From positions 94,242,001 to 94,306,000 of the forward strand of contig NW_024704742.1 of NCBI RefSeq assembly GCF_018977255.1: a stretch of 64,000 nucleotides of DNA. The letters are read 5' to 3'. Origin of the DNA: Callorhinchus milii (Eukaryota). Both the position numbers and the translations under genes were made by a program. Shown here in pieces: positions 38,580 through 50,524 of this stretch (position 1 is the first letter of the stretch; every line of letters starts with the position of its first letter). The notes beneath the pieces are model-generated. The model had not been told where the DNA came from, did not search any database, and saw only the letters and a list, made by a program, of their open reading frames with translations.

Positions 38580-38890
38580 AAAAAATTACATTTATATAGC
38601 GCCTTTCATGTCGGGGGGACGTTCCAAGGTTTCGAACATCAGTGTTTCGAACCTGAGCTGGAATCGGGGAGAGTGGAGAGCAAGTGCGGAAGGAGGGTGA
38701 CCGAAGGCACAGACGAAGAGGAGAGTCTTGAGACGGGTCTTGAAGGAGGCAAGGGAGGGGGCAAGGCAGAGGGACTGCGGGATGGAGTTACAGAGGGTGG
38801 GGGCAGAGTGGCAGAAGGCCCACCCATCAATGGTGGGTCGGGCAAGGGGGTGGACGTGAAGCAGGCCGGAGTGGAGGTGAGAGTGCTAAC
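38580..38890 (-). mobile_element. 5'-truncated L2 3' end
   Basis: atttatatagcgcctttcatgtcggggggacgttccaagg...cttgaaggaggcaagggagg...gaaggcccaccc is the reverse complement of the L2 3' region. Confidence 0.8.
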
Positions 38891-40296
38891 GACTGAGCCA
38901 GGGTGACACCAAAGTGAATAAAGAATTAACAAATAAGGAATTTGTTGCATGTTTTCTTCTCTATTCCATCCTTTCCTGCGGAGAATCCATCCAATGCTTC
39001 CCTCTGTGACTTGACTAAATTTGGAAATTTGATGTGGTGTGGATGTAGGTTTAAGCTCACCCTTTTCTGCTGCTCCACAGTCATGGATGCTGCAAATTGC
39101 TGCATGACTTATTTGATCCAAATTCAAGGCTGTGTTAAATTGTGAGCAGCACCATTCGAGATACAAGAAAGTGACAAATAAGGGAAATAATTTGCTTATG
39201 CTAGCAATCTTTGTTTCTGCATTCATAATGGGATTTTCTATTACAATCACAAATCACATCATTTGCTAGCTATCAACTAATATGATAAACCCTTCTCAAA
39301 TGCAGGTAAATACAAATGACCATCTTTATAAATACGACATACTCAGATATATTCACATAACTTTTACATTCATAAGTGTAGAATCCAATTACTTCTTTTA
39401 AATTTCTAAAATTTGATCAGTAACATCAGAGTATAGATCATACAGCTGAAGCTTTGGACTGTGACTATTTTGTAATACTGTACTGTAATGAAGAGTATCC
39501 TCTGGTGCTGCACATATCTGAAGCTCCCAAGGTTCCTATAGCTTAATGTACTCCCCTTTCTGCCTTATCGCCATGCATACAGCTCCTGTCATGGTCCTCT
39601 CTGCAACTCTCACACCAAATTTTCTCCACAAAAGGCATACATAAAAATAATAATCTTTGCATTTGAAAACAGCTTAAAATGTTGCAACGTTTCAAGAAGA
39701 TTTCAAGATTTTTTTGTCAAGTGTAGTGGAAGTAACTGAAATAACTGACGGACACCAGGTAAACCCAGAAGGTAATTACCGATACAAACAAGTTACAAAA
39801 AAGGGTGATTGACGCCAGGACACTGAACTCATTTTTTTTTTAAAAGTTTAATATTGTGCTGGAGGATGGTAGGATGGGTATTCTAGAAACATGAGACAAG
39901 ATGGGCTGAAGCACTGTCTTCATCTAAACCAACCTTGTAATCTCATGAACTCCTGAGATTACGTTCCGCCCACAAAAGTCAATCCTTTTTACAGTATATC
40001 CTGTGAAGCTCTTTGAGACATCTCGAGGAAGTAATAAGTTGCTATATCAAATGCAAAGATTAATATTTTACAATTATTCACTAAAACGATTTTAAAAAGT
40101 TGTACAAGGAGAACATATGGGTTTCATCTGGAGAGCATCTTTTACACCATGTGCACACCTCATTTCTAATGCGATTACAGTTTTGATATAAAGTTCTCCA
40201 GCAATACAGCTGATAGCTGTGTGTCTAAAAGTACTGGGAATATACTGTTTAATAAAATCATAATGTTGAGACAGTATCTTGTCTACAAGCAATTTA

Positions 40297-40720
40297 TGTG
40301 GAGTCCTATAGCTCAGTGGTTAGAGCACTCGCCTCGCAAGCAAGGGGGTCTGGGATCGATTCCCGGCAGGGCGAAATATTGGGCATGTTTCCTTACTCCA
40401 TATGCCTCTGTTTAACTAGCAGTAAGTAGGAATCCGGTTGTTAGCTTATTGGCGGATCACTTACTGTAGTTAATAATCCCTTCAAAAAATAGAATTAATA
40501 AAATTTGATCACTGTTTGTGGGACACTGCTGTGTGCAATTGACTGCCACTTTTCACCCACAAAATACGAAGCTAGAGAATACTAGAAGAGGGTTTAAGCA
40601 ATAACTTGATCCAAAGGCCCACTTTACAATATATTCTGTGAAACGTTTTGAGACATTTCAATGACGTGCGAAGGCGCTATACCAAATGCAAGGTTATTGT
40701 TATATTATATATTTTATTAT
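40297..40720 (+). mobile_element. tRNA-derived SINE, same family, with a ~50-nt internal insertion (about 40568-40619)
   Basis: tgtggagtcctatagctcagtggttagagcactcgcctcgcaagcaag..., family body and tail. Confidence 0.88.
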
Positions 40721-40778
40721 GATAATTTGTATGTATAGAACCTGAACACCAATGCTCACCTGTAAATACTTTTTCCAG

Positions 40779-40941
40779 TTATGGGATTGCTGGAACCGTT
40801 AACGTGACTGGAGATCAAGTAAAGAAGTTGGATGTACTTTCCAATGACTTGGTTGTCAACATGTTAAAATCCTCCTTCAGTACATGTATTCTGGTCTCTG
40901 AAGAAGAAAAGGAAGCCATCATTGTAGATCCAGATCAACAG
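40779..40941 (+). CDS. FBP1: FBP1 coding exon 2 (163 nt)
   Basis: ttttccag|T TAT GGG...CAA CAG|gtcagt. [54 protein letters not shown], with Q69 (liver type). Confidence 0.97.
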
Positions 40942-41814
40942 GTCAGTTAAACTAGGATCCTTATGTAGTGTAAGGATGACTTATTGATTTAGAAGTTAAA
41001 ACATAAAAGACTGGGGAATGGATATTATTGGATGTGTGTACTATACTGCTTTACTCTTGTGTATTTAAAGAATATATTTATATTTACAAAAACATTTGCT
41101 TTACTAATTACACCATCTACTATAGTCTGTAATTTCAGTTTTGGATGATAATATTATAATAATAGTAATCCTTGAATTTGTTTTATCACATCATTGAGAC
41201 GTCTCAAAGCATTTCACAGGATTTTGATATTTGCATATAGTGATTGTATATTGGTAGACAATAATGGCAGCCAATTTGTGCACAGCAATGTTTCTCAAAT
41301 AGCCAATTTTAATTGATGATTGTTGACCAGGACCAGAAACTCCTCCTTTTGAATAAAGTCATATGAGCTGTAACACCCACTTGAACAGGCAGAAGGGATC
41401 TCGTTTTTTCTCAAAAGATCTCCTTTGTTTTATTTGTTATTCATGTTAGACCCATGGATCTGCAATTATTTAGATCAGTATATTGTCTTTTTTAAATGCA
41501 ATTGCTGCATTTAGCCATTCACAAGATCACAAGATAGGTTTTGGTTGAAGAAGGTCCTTTGTTCTTATCTCAACTTTCCTAATGTTCTCCCATCACCATC
41601 AAGCTTTTTTTTAAAAAAACTAAGTCCAGTGTCATGACTGCAACCATAATTTGTGCCAGTGATTAAATACCTTCTATGATGATTGCTAGTGCCTCACAAA
41701 ATTCCTCCCTGGTCTCCTTCTTAAACCAAAAAGGCCCAATATCTCTTAATGTTAAGTCCTTAACAAAGGCATCAGGTACCTTTGCCATAATAATATCAAG
41801 TTTGTCCTAGGTAA

Positions 41815-42210
41815 TAATAATAATAATAATAATAATAATCATACTTGCATTTGATATAGTGCCTTTGTCATTGAGATGTCTCAAAGTGCTTCACAGGATA
41901 TACTGCAAAATGGATTGACTGCATATTTTGTGGGCAAAACAGAGCAGCCAGTTGCGCACAACAATATCCCACAAGCAACCAGGAAGTGAGTGACCAATTA
42001 TATAATGCTGCGGGATCTTTAACATCTAAATAAACAAGCAGAGGGGACCTCAGTTAAATATCTCATCCAAAGGACAGCATCTCTGACAATGTAGCACATC
42101 CCTAGCACTGCATTTGAGTGCCAGCTTGGATTTTGTGATTCCAAGTGTTGATTGTGGGGTTTGAACCCAAAACCTACTGGCTCAAAGCTGAGAGAACTCG
42201 CCAGGCTTAC
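41815..42210 (-). mobile_element. SacSINE1/DeuSINE-like SINE
   Basis: (TAA)n tail and stem-loop, then gggatctttaacatc...gacctcagttaaatatctcatccaaaggacagcatctctgaca...tttgaaccc, i.e. a Deu-type body and tRNA head on the minus strand. Confidence 0.7.
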
Positions 42211-42439
42211 ACACATAAGATAATGCGTGTACTACAGAAATTAAATTGTAAGTTAGCAATATCCTCTCTAGAAACTTTTAATTTAGCATTTCAGCTATTT
42301 AGTTTTTAACCTTCACTGTTAATTTTATCTGTGATGCTTTAAACAAGTAACCACTTCTATGGCCGTTCTTCACAATTATGATACTGAAACGTTTGAAATC
42401 TGCCCTTGGTTATATTGACAATGTTGTTCTTTTTTCCAG

Positions 42440-42532
42440 GGAAGGTACATTGTCTGCTTTGATCCACTAGATGGGTCTTCAAACATTGATTGTCTTATTT
42501 CCATAGGAACAATATTCGCCATCTATCAAAAG
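42440..42532 (+). CDS. FBP1: FBP1 coding exon 3 (93 nt)
   Basis: tttttccag|GGA AGG TAC...CAA AAG|gtaaga. [31 protein letters not shown] with the catalytic DPLDGS motif. Confidence 0.97.
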
Positions 42533-43086
42533 GTAAGATTATCAACAATTAAAGGAATTATTTAATTTAAACATCTTAGGTTTCCATCAAGACAGACAGT
42601 TAGTTAGCATTAAATGTGTTGTTCTCCAGATTTGAATTATCTTCCCTTTGGGGAATTGATTGGGAGCTATCAGACGTTTCTTCACTGTTGATCACAATTT
42701 ATTTCTCTAGTTGAAACTTTTGGGATTGTCGCCAATCTTGAATAAGTGAATTCACCTCATAATCCTCTACGTTTGTTTCAATGAGAAACTGCGCTAAGAT
42801 TCATCAGTGAAAAGCATGTGAAACAAAATAATCCCAGAAGATTGATTCATGCCATGAATAAACTAGAATGATAAATAAAGATCATATTTTTAAAAAAGTA
42901 CCAATATAGAATTTCAAAGAAAATCTAATATCTGACAATGCTTGAATGGTGAAAAACTTACAAGTGGCAATTGTGAGAAATGAGTACTACAATACAGGAT
43001 AACTGCAAAGCAACTGAGGGATGAGACTATCAAACAGCAACGTTGACCATTTGGTAATTTCTCCCCTTGGATGTGTTGAGAATATC

Positions 43087-43270
43087 ATAATAATAATAAT
43101 AATAATAATCCTTGCATTTGATATAGCGCTGTTCACGTCTTCTCGACGTCTCAAAACGCTTCACAGATTGGACTGTAAAGTGAATTGACCGTATATTTGT
43201 GGGCAAAACGCGACAGCCAATTGCGCACAGCAGTGCCCACAAACAGTCGTGGATTGAAAATGACTAATTT
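43087..43270 (-). mobile_element. Young SINE 3' fragment
   Basis: (taa)n tccttgcatttgatatagcgctgttcacgtcttctcgacgtctcaaaacgct...cagccaattgcgcacagc. Confidence 0.85.
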
Positions 43271-44251
43271 ATTATTTGTTATGTTATCAAGCACTCCTCC
43301 GAGCCTGCCATGCGTGTTTAACGTTTAGTTAGTTGCAAGACAACATTTCTACTAGAGCAATTTACATTCCACACATAGTTTACATGTATGAAAATCCTGT
43401 CTGAATTGTATCGACAAGTGTTGCAACATGTGTAGTCATAGGCATAGCTACATCGATGTGGAACTACAGTAGAAACACTACTTAAATAGATGAGATATAA
43501 AGTGTTACGAGTCATTAGGACAGCTTTCATTAGGTTGCATAGCATGTATTGTTAGTTTCTGGTTCATGTATCACCTGCTGGACTAGCTAGACTACTCTTG
43601 CTCTTTCCAAACAGCAAATCGGTCATTCAGACTCTGCCACTCATTTCAATGTGATCCTTTTTGTCAAACATCTGGTGTAATGCTCTTTTCAAACCCTCAC
43701 TGGATCCTAGTTGCTTTATTTAGTGATTCTAGTCTGTTGCTTGTTACCCCACTGATCTATCATGAAGGACATTTACATTTTTAGAGTATTCAACTATCGT
43801 AATATGATATTCTTTCAATATCTATCCTAAAGAATGCCCCTGACTTTCTGTTGTATTTTCCTGTGGGTCTCGTGATGAGGAAATTCAGCTTTTCAATCCT
43901 GTTTCAGAATTACATATACTGTTACAGCATGGAATGGCCATTGGCTCAACTTGTCCCAGTGTCTGTATTCCACAGGAGCCTTCACCCTTCATAAACCCCT
44001 CTCCTGTACCCTCTTTTCCCTTCTTCCTCATGCAGGCATCAAGTATTTGAGGTTGTGACTGTAAAACTTAAATCACAAAAGAACAACATAGCTGTCTTTG
44101 TCATTAATGATCCTGTGTAAAATTGGTTATTAGAAAAATCCATCTTAAATGGATATGAACTAAGTTTTGTGCAAATGTTAACTATCTGTTTGATCTTCTT
44201 TTCAATGAATAAGAGCTCAGTAACTGATTTTGCCATATACTCTGTATTAAG

Positions 44252-44392
44252 ACTTCAACTGACGAGCCAAGTGAAAAGGATGCCTTGCAGTCAGGCCGTA
44301 ACATTGTAGCGGCTGGTTATGCCTTGTACGGCAGTGCCACAATGATTGTATTGTCGTCAGGAAGTGGGGTGAACGGCTTCATGCTGGATCCA
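44252..44392 (+). CDS. FBP1: FBP1 coding exon 4 (141 nt)
   Basis: tattaag|ACT TCA...GAT CCA|gtaagt. [47 protein letters not shown]. Confidence 0.96.
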
Positions 44393-44564
44393 GTAAGTTC
44401 TTACAAATGTTTGTTTACTTGTCTGCTCTAAAGCCAGGGTGCTAAATGTATTTAATATATGACCATTGACCTTTAGTATACATTACGGCTTTCAAATCTA
44501 ATTGAATGTAAACTGGATGTGTGCACAATTCCAGACTAATTTCTCTTTCATCCTTAGATGTTAG

Positions 44565-44903
44565 GCTGGCTCAGTTGGTAGCCTGACACTTCAATATAGT
44601 GCTTGTTGGAGTTGCCATTCTTCAGATGAGACATTGAACCGAGGGCCTGTCTGCCTGTTCAGTGGACGAAAAAGATCCCATGGCCCAATTTGAAAACAGA
44701 AGGGAGTTTTTCCTAGTGTCCTGACAAACCATCCCCTAGTTAAAATTGGTCATTCGCTTCATGGCTGTTTGTGGGACTTTGCTGTGTATAAATTGCCTGC
44801 TGTATTCACCTAGAAAATATAGCAAAATAAAACACTAATCTTAATAATGTGAAGTGCTTTGAGATGTCCTCCCAATGTGAAATCAAATGCAAGGATTATT
44901 ATT
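44565..44903 (+). mobile_element. SacSINE1/DeuSINE-like SINE (internally deleted)
   Basis: tggctcagttggtagc...cagatgagacattgaaccgagggcctgtctgcctgttcagtggacgaaaaagatcccatggc...ggctgtttgtgggac...aaatgcaaggattattatt. Confidence 0.7.
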
Positions 44904-45606
44904 AGGAGATCATTCGGTCCTTTGAAAAGAGCTGCCCAAATCAATCCCACTCCCCCGTGCTCTCCGCACAGCCCTGCAAACTTGTTAAGGCATTATATCA
45001 AATGCAAATGATTATTATTATTATAAAAAGGAAAAGGAGGGCTTTTCCACCAGTTTATTAGATCTCAGCTGATCTTTTAAACCCAATGCCTCACCCTTTT
45101 GGCATACCCCAAAAAACCTCCTGTAAGTATGTAATTTGTCGGTAATGGCCACTTTCATTCAAGGTTTTAGTTTACAAGAACCAGCAGCAACAAAAGTGTT
45201 GCACTTGCAATCTTCAAAGTCAGAATTATAATAGACATATGGTCCAGTAGAGTTCTTCTGATCTATACACTAGTATCACTAGTATTAATCTTATCAGATC
45301 ACTACCAGGGGAGGATCAGATTTGGCTGGGTCTGAATGCCTTGACCAATGGGTATCTCTCACATGGAAAATCTTCTGTTTGTGGCCTCATCTACCTTTTC
45401 ATTCCTTTCCTCTTCAGTGTCCAACCCGTACCTATCCTCCCTAGGAGGGGAGGAAGAGCACTTTTAGATACCAGTGTATCCAAAAGCTGCTGTTAGCACA
45501 CACAGTAAATGAGGGGAGCAAATTAGAGGGAGAAAAAGTGAAGAAATTAAATAGTGTGCAGTTTCTCCAATGTTGATGCATTCTTGCTAAATCTGTGTGT
45601 TTTTAG

Positions 45607-45744
45607 GCCATTGGGGAATTCATCTTGGTGAACAAAGACATAAAGATTAAGCAGAAGGGAAACATCTACAGTATTAATGAAGGTTATGCAAAGTACTTTG
45701 ATCCTGCAATCACAGAGTACCTACACAAGAAGAAATTCCCCAAG
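45607..45744 (+). CDS. FBP1: FBP1 coding exon 5 (138 nt)
   Basis: ttttag|GCC ATT...CCC AAG|gtaagt. [46 protein letters not shown]. Confidence 0.97.
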
Positions 45745-46729
45745 GTAAGTAAAGGACATAGGAGACTTTCTTGATATTTATTATTAGGGCCATTTAGACT
45801 TTTATCACAATTCTGGTATTATTATCTGGACCGTGAATATTACAAAAACCTACAAACATCATTTGTTTTGTGGAATTTCTTAAAGTATCCCTTAACTTAT
45901 TGAAGGAATAAAAGCAAGCGGCTTCTCTCTCTAGGTAAGTGCTTTCTCCTCTAGGAGTCTTAACGGTGCCATTTTGTGTGATCCTGAAGCAAACTCTTTT
46001 ATGTTTGTATATTTTAGGCTATATATTGTTTTTGAGTCCTTTTTCTATTTTGTTTTAATATTGGTTTCCCATGGTTTTTCTGCCTTGGAGTCCCCAAATC
46101 TTCCCAAAGACCAAAAGTTAACTTTCAGCAACCAGGCAGGCTAGGCACCAAGCCTCCAAGCTAATCACTAAAGAGGAATGAATGACTTTGGCAGAGTCCT
46201 ACCCTGTCTGCCCACTCTCCTGGTCACTGAATCATACTGAGGGTGATCTTGAAGAAAGTAGAGTAAAATAAATGCCAACTTTAACTTTCCTTTCTTTATG
46301 TTGTTCCTTTCAAATGCTTACCACTGTTCTCATTTTGTGTTTCACCTCAAACAAATTTGTGGGAGACGAGGTGGTCGAAGTAAAGTTTGGATCAGAACTT
46401 TTTTTATTCAGAAACATTCAAAGAATGAGATCTACCTGTGGGGTATTCTAAAATTGTTCTTTCAATCTCAAGGGTTCATTCATAACATTTCATTTTTATA
46501 TAACCATGTATTTACATCATACTTAATTCCACTCTTGCTTCTCATTGCTGAAATGTTGATTTTATAACCTGACATCAATATTCTCAGGATTAATTTTATC
46601 AGATCACTGCCAAGGGAGGGTCACATAGGCTGGATCTCAATGCCCTGACCAATGGGTATGTCTTTAGATGCCAATATATTTAGAAGCTGCTCTTAGTCAC
46701 TGGGTATCAGTGCCCAGTGTCATTGGCTG

Positions 46730-49700
46730 CCCCAATCTACGGGATAATGCCATCCACCTGACCGCTCGCTCCCGGTCCCCGCGTGCGCACTATGGCTGCC
46801 GCTTTGACCCGAGCCCCCTCACCCCCTCCCTCCCACCCCCCTCCTCTCTCCCCCCAAACCTCCCCCCTCTGCATCTCTCCCGCTCTCTCCTCCTCTCTCT
46901 CCGTCCCTCTCGTCTTCTATCCCCACTTGACCCTCCCACAACCTCCCTCTGTTCCAGCCTGGGAATCCTCCGCCGGGCTCACCGTGGCACTCGGCGTTGG
47001 CTGTCCAGCAGCAGCCACACCGACTGCCCCATTCCCCACCACACTCGCCACCCACCCCGGACACAGACCCGGGGAGTCAACCTCTCCTCCCTCATCCCCA
47101 TTCCCCCCACCCCTGCCTCACAACCTGGACCCCCCTCCCCTCCCACACACCCTTCTGTCAACCGCTCCCTCCACATCGGACTGCAAAATGTCCGCTCCCT
47201 CTGCAACAAGGCCCTGGTCATCAACGATCTCATCCTTGATGAGAACGTTGATATCATGGCCTTAACAGAAACCTGGCTCACCCCAGGCGACACCTTCCCC
47301 CTCACGGAGGCCACGCCACCCGGCTACACCTCCCACCACATCCCCCGCCCCAACCGCCGTGGCGGTGGTGTTGCCCTTATCTCAAGGACACCACTTGCCC
47401 TATCCCCCTACTCCACTGGCTCTTTCCCCTCCTTTGAGCACCTCACCCTCTCCCACCCCTCATTCCTCTCCCTTAAAATCCTCCTCCTCTACCGGCCCCC
47501 TAAAACCTCTCCCACCTTCATCTCTGACATTTCAACACTCCTCACATCTCTTTGCCTCTGCTCCGATCGCCTCATCATCCTGGGCGACTTTAACCTACAC
47601 TTCACCCCCTCCTGCTCCATCTCCACAGACTTCTCTTCCCTGCTCTCCTCACTCAACCTCTCCTTACACATAAACTCCCCCACTCACAGTCACGGCCACC
47701 CACTCGATTTGGTGATCACCCGGGGCCTCAGTGTCTCGGATGTCACTATTACCGACAAGGCCATCTCTGACCACTACTTCATCTCCTTCACCACCTCCAC
47801 CCCCCTCCCCACCTCCACCAGACCCACCACCATCTTCTACCGCCCTTGGAAGAAGTTACCCCCACAATCCCTAACCGATGCCTTGGAGTCCTCTGAACTC
47901 CTCTCCCTCTGGCCTTCAACCCTCACCGACCCCTCTTCTCCTCTCTCCCTCCTCCACAATACCCTCTCCTCCACACTCGATACTCTTGCCCCCATCACTT
48001 CCCGCACTGTCTCCTACTCCCGCTCCTCCCCCTGGTACACCACCCACCTCCGCTCACTGAAAAGCCAGGTGCGGGCTGCTGAACGCACCTGTGTCAAATC
48101 TGGCCTAACGGTCCACCGACAAATCTGGCTGGACCTCCTCAAAATTTACCGCTCCACTCTAGCCTCGGCCAAGTCGTCCTTCTACTCCAGGATAATCCTG
48201 GAGGCGAAGAACAACCCCAGGCTACTGTTTTCCACCACAACCCGACTCCTCCGTCCCCCCCGCCACCCCGCGCAGGTCATCTCCTCCAACCTTCACTGCG
48301 AGGAGATGCTGGATTTCCTTGAATCCAAGATCAAGGGAATCCGCTCCGCGGTCACTTCCCCTCCAACTTCCACCCACCACCCACCCCTTCCCTCCCACAC
48401 TCCGACTCCTACCCATCCTCCCCTACACACCTTCGTACCCGTTTCCCCACCCTCTGTCACTGAACTCATCCTATCCCTAAAACCAACCACCTGCTCCCTT
48501 GACCCCATCCCCACTCCACTCCTTATCTCCCAGCTCCACTTTCTTGCCCCACATATCACTGACATCATCAACCTGTCCCTCTCCTCTGGCTCTGTCCCCA
48601 TTCCATTAAAAACTGCCATCATCACGCCCACCCTGAAAAAACCCTCCCTTGATGCGTCGCAGCTATCAAGCTACCGGCCCATCTCCAACCTCCCCTTTCT
48701 CTCCAAGGTCTTGGAAAGAGTTGTCGCCTCCCAACTGCGCTCTTTCCTTTCCACCCATTCTCTTTTCGAACCCCTTCAGTCAGGTTTCCGTGCTGCCCAT
48801 AGCACAGAAACTGCCCTGGTCAAGGTCACCAATGATATCCTGACCATCTGTGACCAGGGCTCCCTCTGTCTCCTCGTCCTCCTCGACCTATCGGCAGCAT
48901 TCGATACGGTCGACCACGCTATCCTACTCCACCGCTTGTCCTCCCACCTCAACCTTCAAGGCACTGTCCTTGAATGGTTTAGGTCGTACCTTTCTCACCG
49001 TCTTCACTTTGTCTCGACGAATGGCTTCTCCTCCACCCCCCGTACTGTCTCATGTGGTGTCCCTCAGGGCTCTGTCCTCGGTCCCCTCCTCTTCACCCTC
49101 TATATGCTCCCCCTTGGTGACATCATCCGCAGACATGGAGTTAACTTCCACATGTATGCGGATGACACCCAACTCTACCTTTCCTCCTCTACTCTCAACT
49201 CCACGACCACCGATGTCCTGACAGCCTGCCTGTCCGACATCGAGTCCTGGACGAGAGACAACTTTCTTCAGCTCAACGTGCGAAAAACCGAGGCCCTCCT
49301 GATTGGCTCACGTCAGCGCCTCCGCACCTCAGGCGCTGACACCATCAGCATCCAAGGCTGCACTCTCCACCTCTCAAAGCCAGTCAGGAACCTCGGCGTT
49401 TTGTTCGACCCTGAGCTGTCCTTTCTCCCTCACATCCGCACCACAACTGGCACCGCCTTCCATCACCTCCGGAACATCGCCAGACTACGGCATTACCTCA
49501 CCCCTCACGCTGCTGAAACCCTGGTTCACGCCTTTGTCACCTCAAGGCTGGACTATGGGAACTCTCTCCTCGCCGGCCTTCCCGCCACCTCCCTCCACAA
49601 GCTGCAGGTCATTCAGAACTCTGCAGCTCGTGTACTGTCCCGCACCAGGACCACATCACTCCCACCCTCGCTCGCCTCCACTGGCTCCCCATCCCCCAGA

Positions 49701-50150
49701 GGATTGATTTCAAGATCCTCATCCTCACCTACAAGGCCATTCACGGCCTTGCTCCCTCCTACCTCTCCAACCTACTATCCCCCTACCTACCTGCCCGTAC
49801 CCTCCGTTCCTCTGGCTCCGGTCTGCTCCACGTCCCCCGCCCCAACCGCCCTACCATCGGTGGTCGGGCCTTCAGCCTCTCAGCCCCAGGCTCTGGAACT
49901 CCATCCCCCAGTGCCTTCGCCGCTTCCTCCCTTTCCTCCTTCAAGGCCGGTCTCAAAACCTTTCTCTTTGACCGTGCCTTCAGCTCCCCTCTCGACTCTC
50001 TTCCCCTCCTCGCTCCCTCCCTTCCCTCCCCCCCTTCCCCCCTGACCATTTCCCCCCTGCTCGGGTCATGACCCAACTGTGCAGCGCCTTGGGACGTCCT
50101 CCTGACGTGAAAGGCGCTTTATAAATGAAATCTTGTTGTTGTTGTTGTTG
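46730..50150 (+). mobile_element. Near-intact L2-clade LINE (APE endonuclease plus reverse transcriptase) in FBP1 intron 5
   Basis: The 1125-aa ORF 46668-50045 has APE motifs (LQNVRSL, ALTETW, GGGVA, LGDFN, LDL, SDH) and RT motifs ([36 protein letters not shown]). 3' stem-loop at 50084-50117 and (TTG)n tail. The 5' boundary is approximate. Confidence 0.95.
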
Positions 50151-50320
50151 TATCACAAGGGAGAAAATTGCAACTCACAAATGGTACATGCAAATGAAGT
50201 TCTAAATTTCCCCTGCCACTATTCACACATTGGAGTAACATTAATCCATGGGTTTTGCCTACACAGAGTGAACAACTTCCAATTTTCAGGAATATTAATC
50301 CATTTATCTTTAATCTGCAG

Positions 50321-50440
50321 TGCAGTAGCTCCCCCTATGGCGCCCGGTATGTTGGGTCAATGGTTGCTGATGTGCATCGGACGTTGATGTATGGTGGCAT
50401 CTTCATGTACCCTGCTAATGAGAAAAACCCCAAAGGAAAG
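50321..50440 (+). CDS. FBP1: FBP1 coding exon 6 (120 nt)
   Basis: taatctgcag|TGC AGT...GGA AAG|gtaaga. [40 protein letters not shown]. Confidence 0.96.
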
Positions 50441-50524
50441 GTAAGAGTATGTGAATGAAGCACTGACATTTACGGATCATACAATACAATTTACATTTAT
50501 ATTGCGCCTGGAACTAAGAGACGC

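Noticed and set aside
46668..50045. The 1125-aa ORF as a host gene or novel reverse-transcriptase system
   Set aside because: It is an ordinary APE-RT of an L2 LINE with several sister copies here. Its ATG lies in flanking intron and its C-terminus is out of frame.
50321..50328. Alternative acceptors in ctgcag-tgcag-tag at FBP1 exon 6
   Set aside because: The +5 and +8 AGs would shift the frame. Only 50321 gives the 120-nt in-frame exon.
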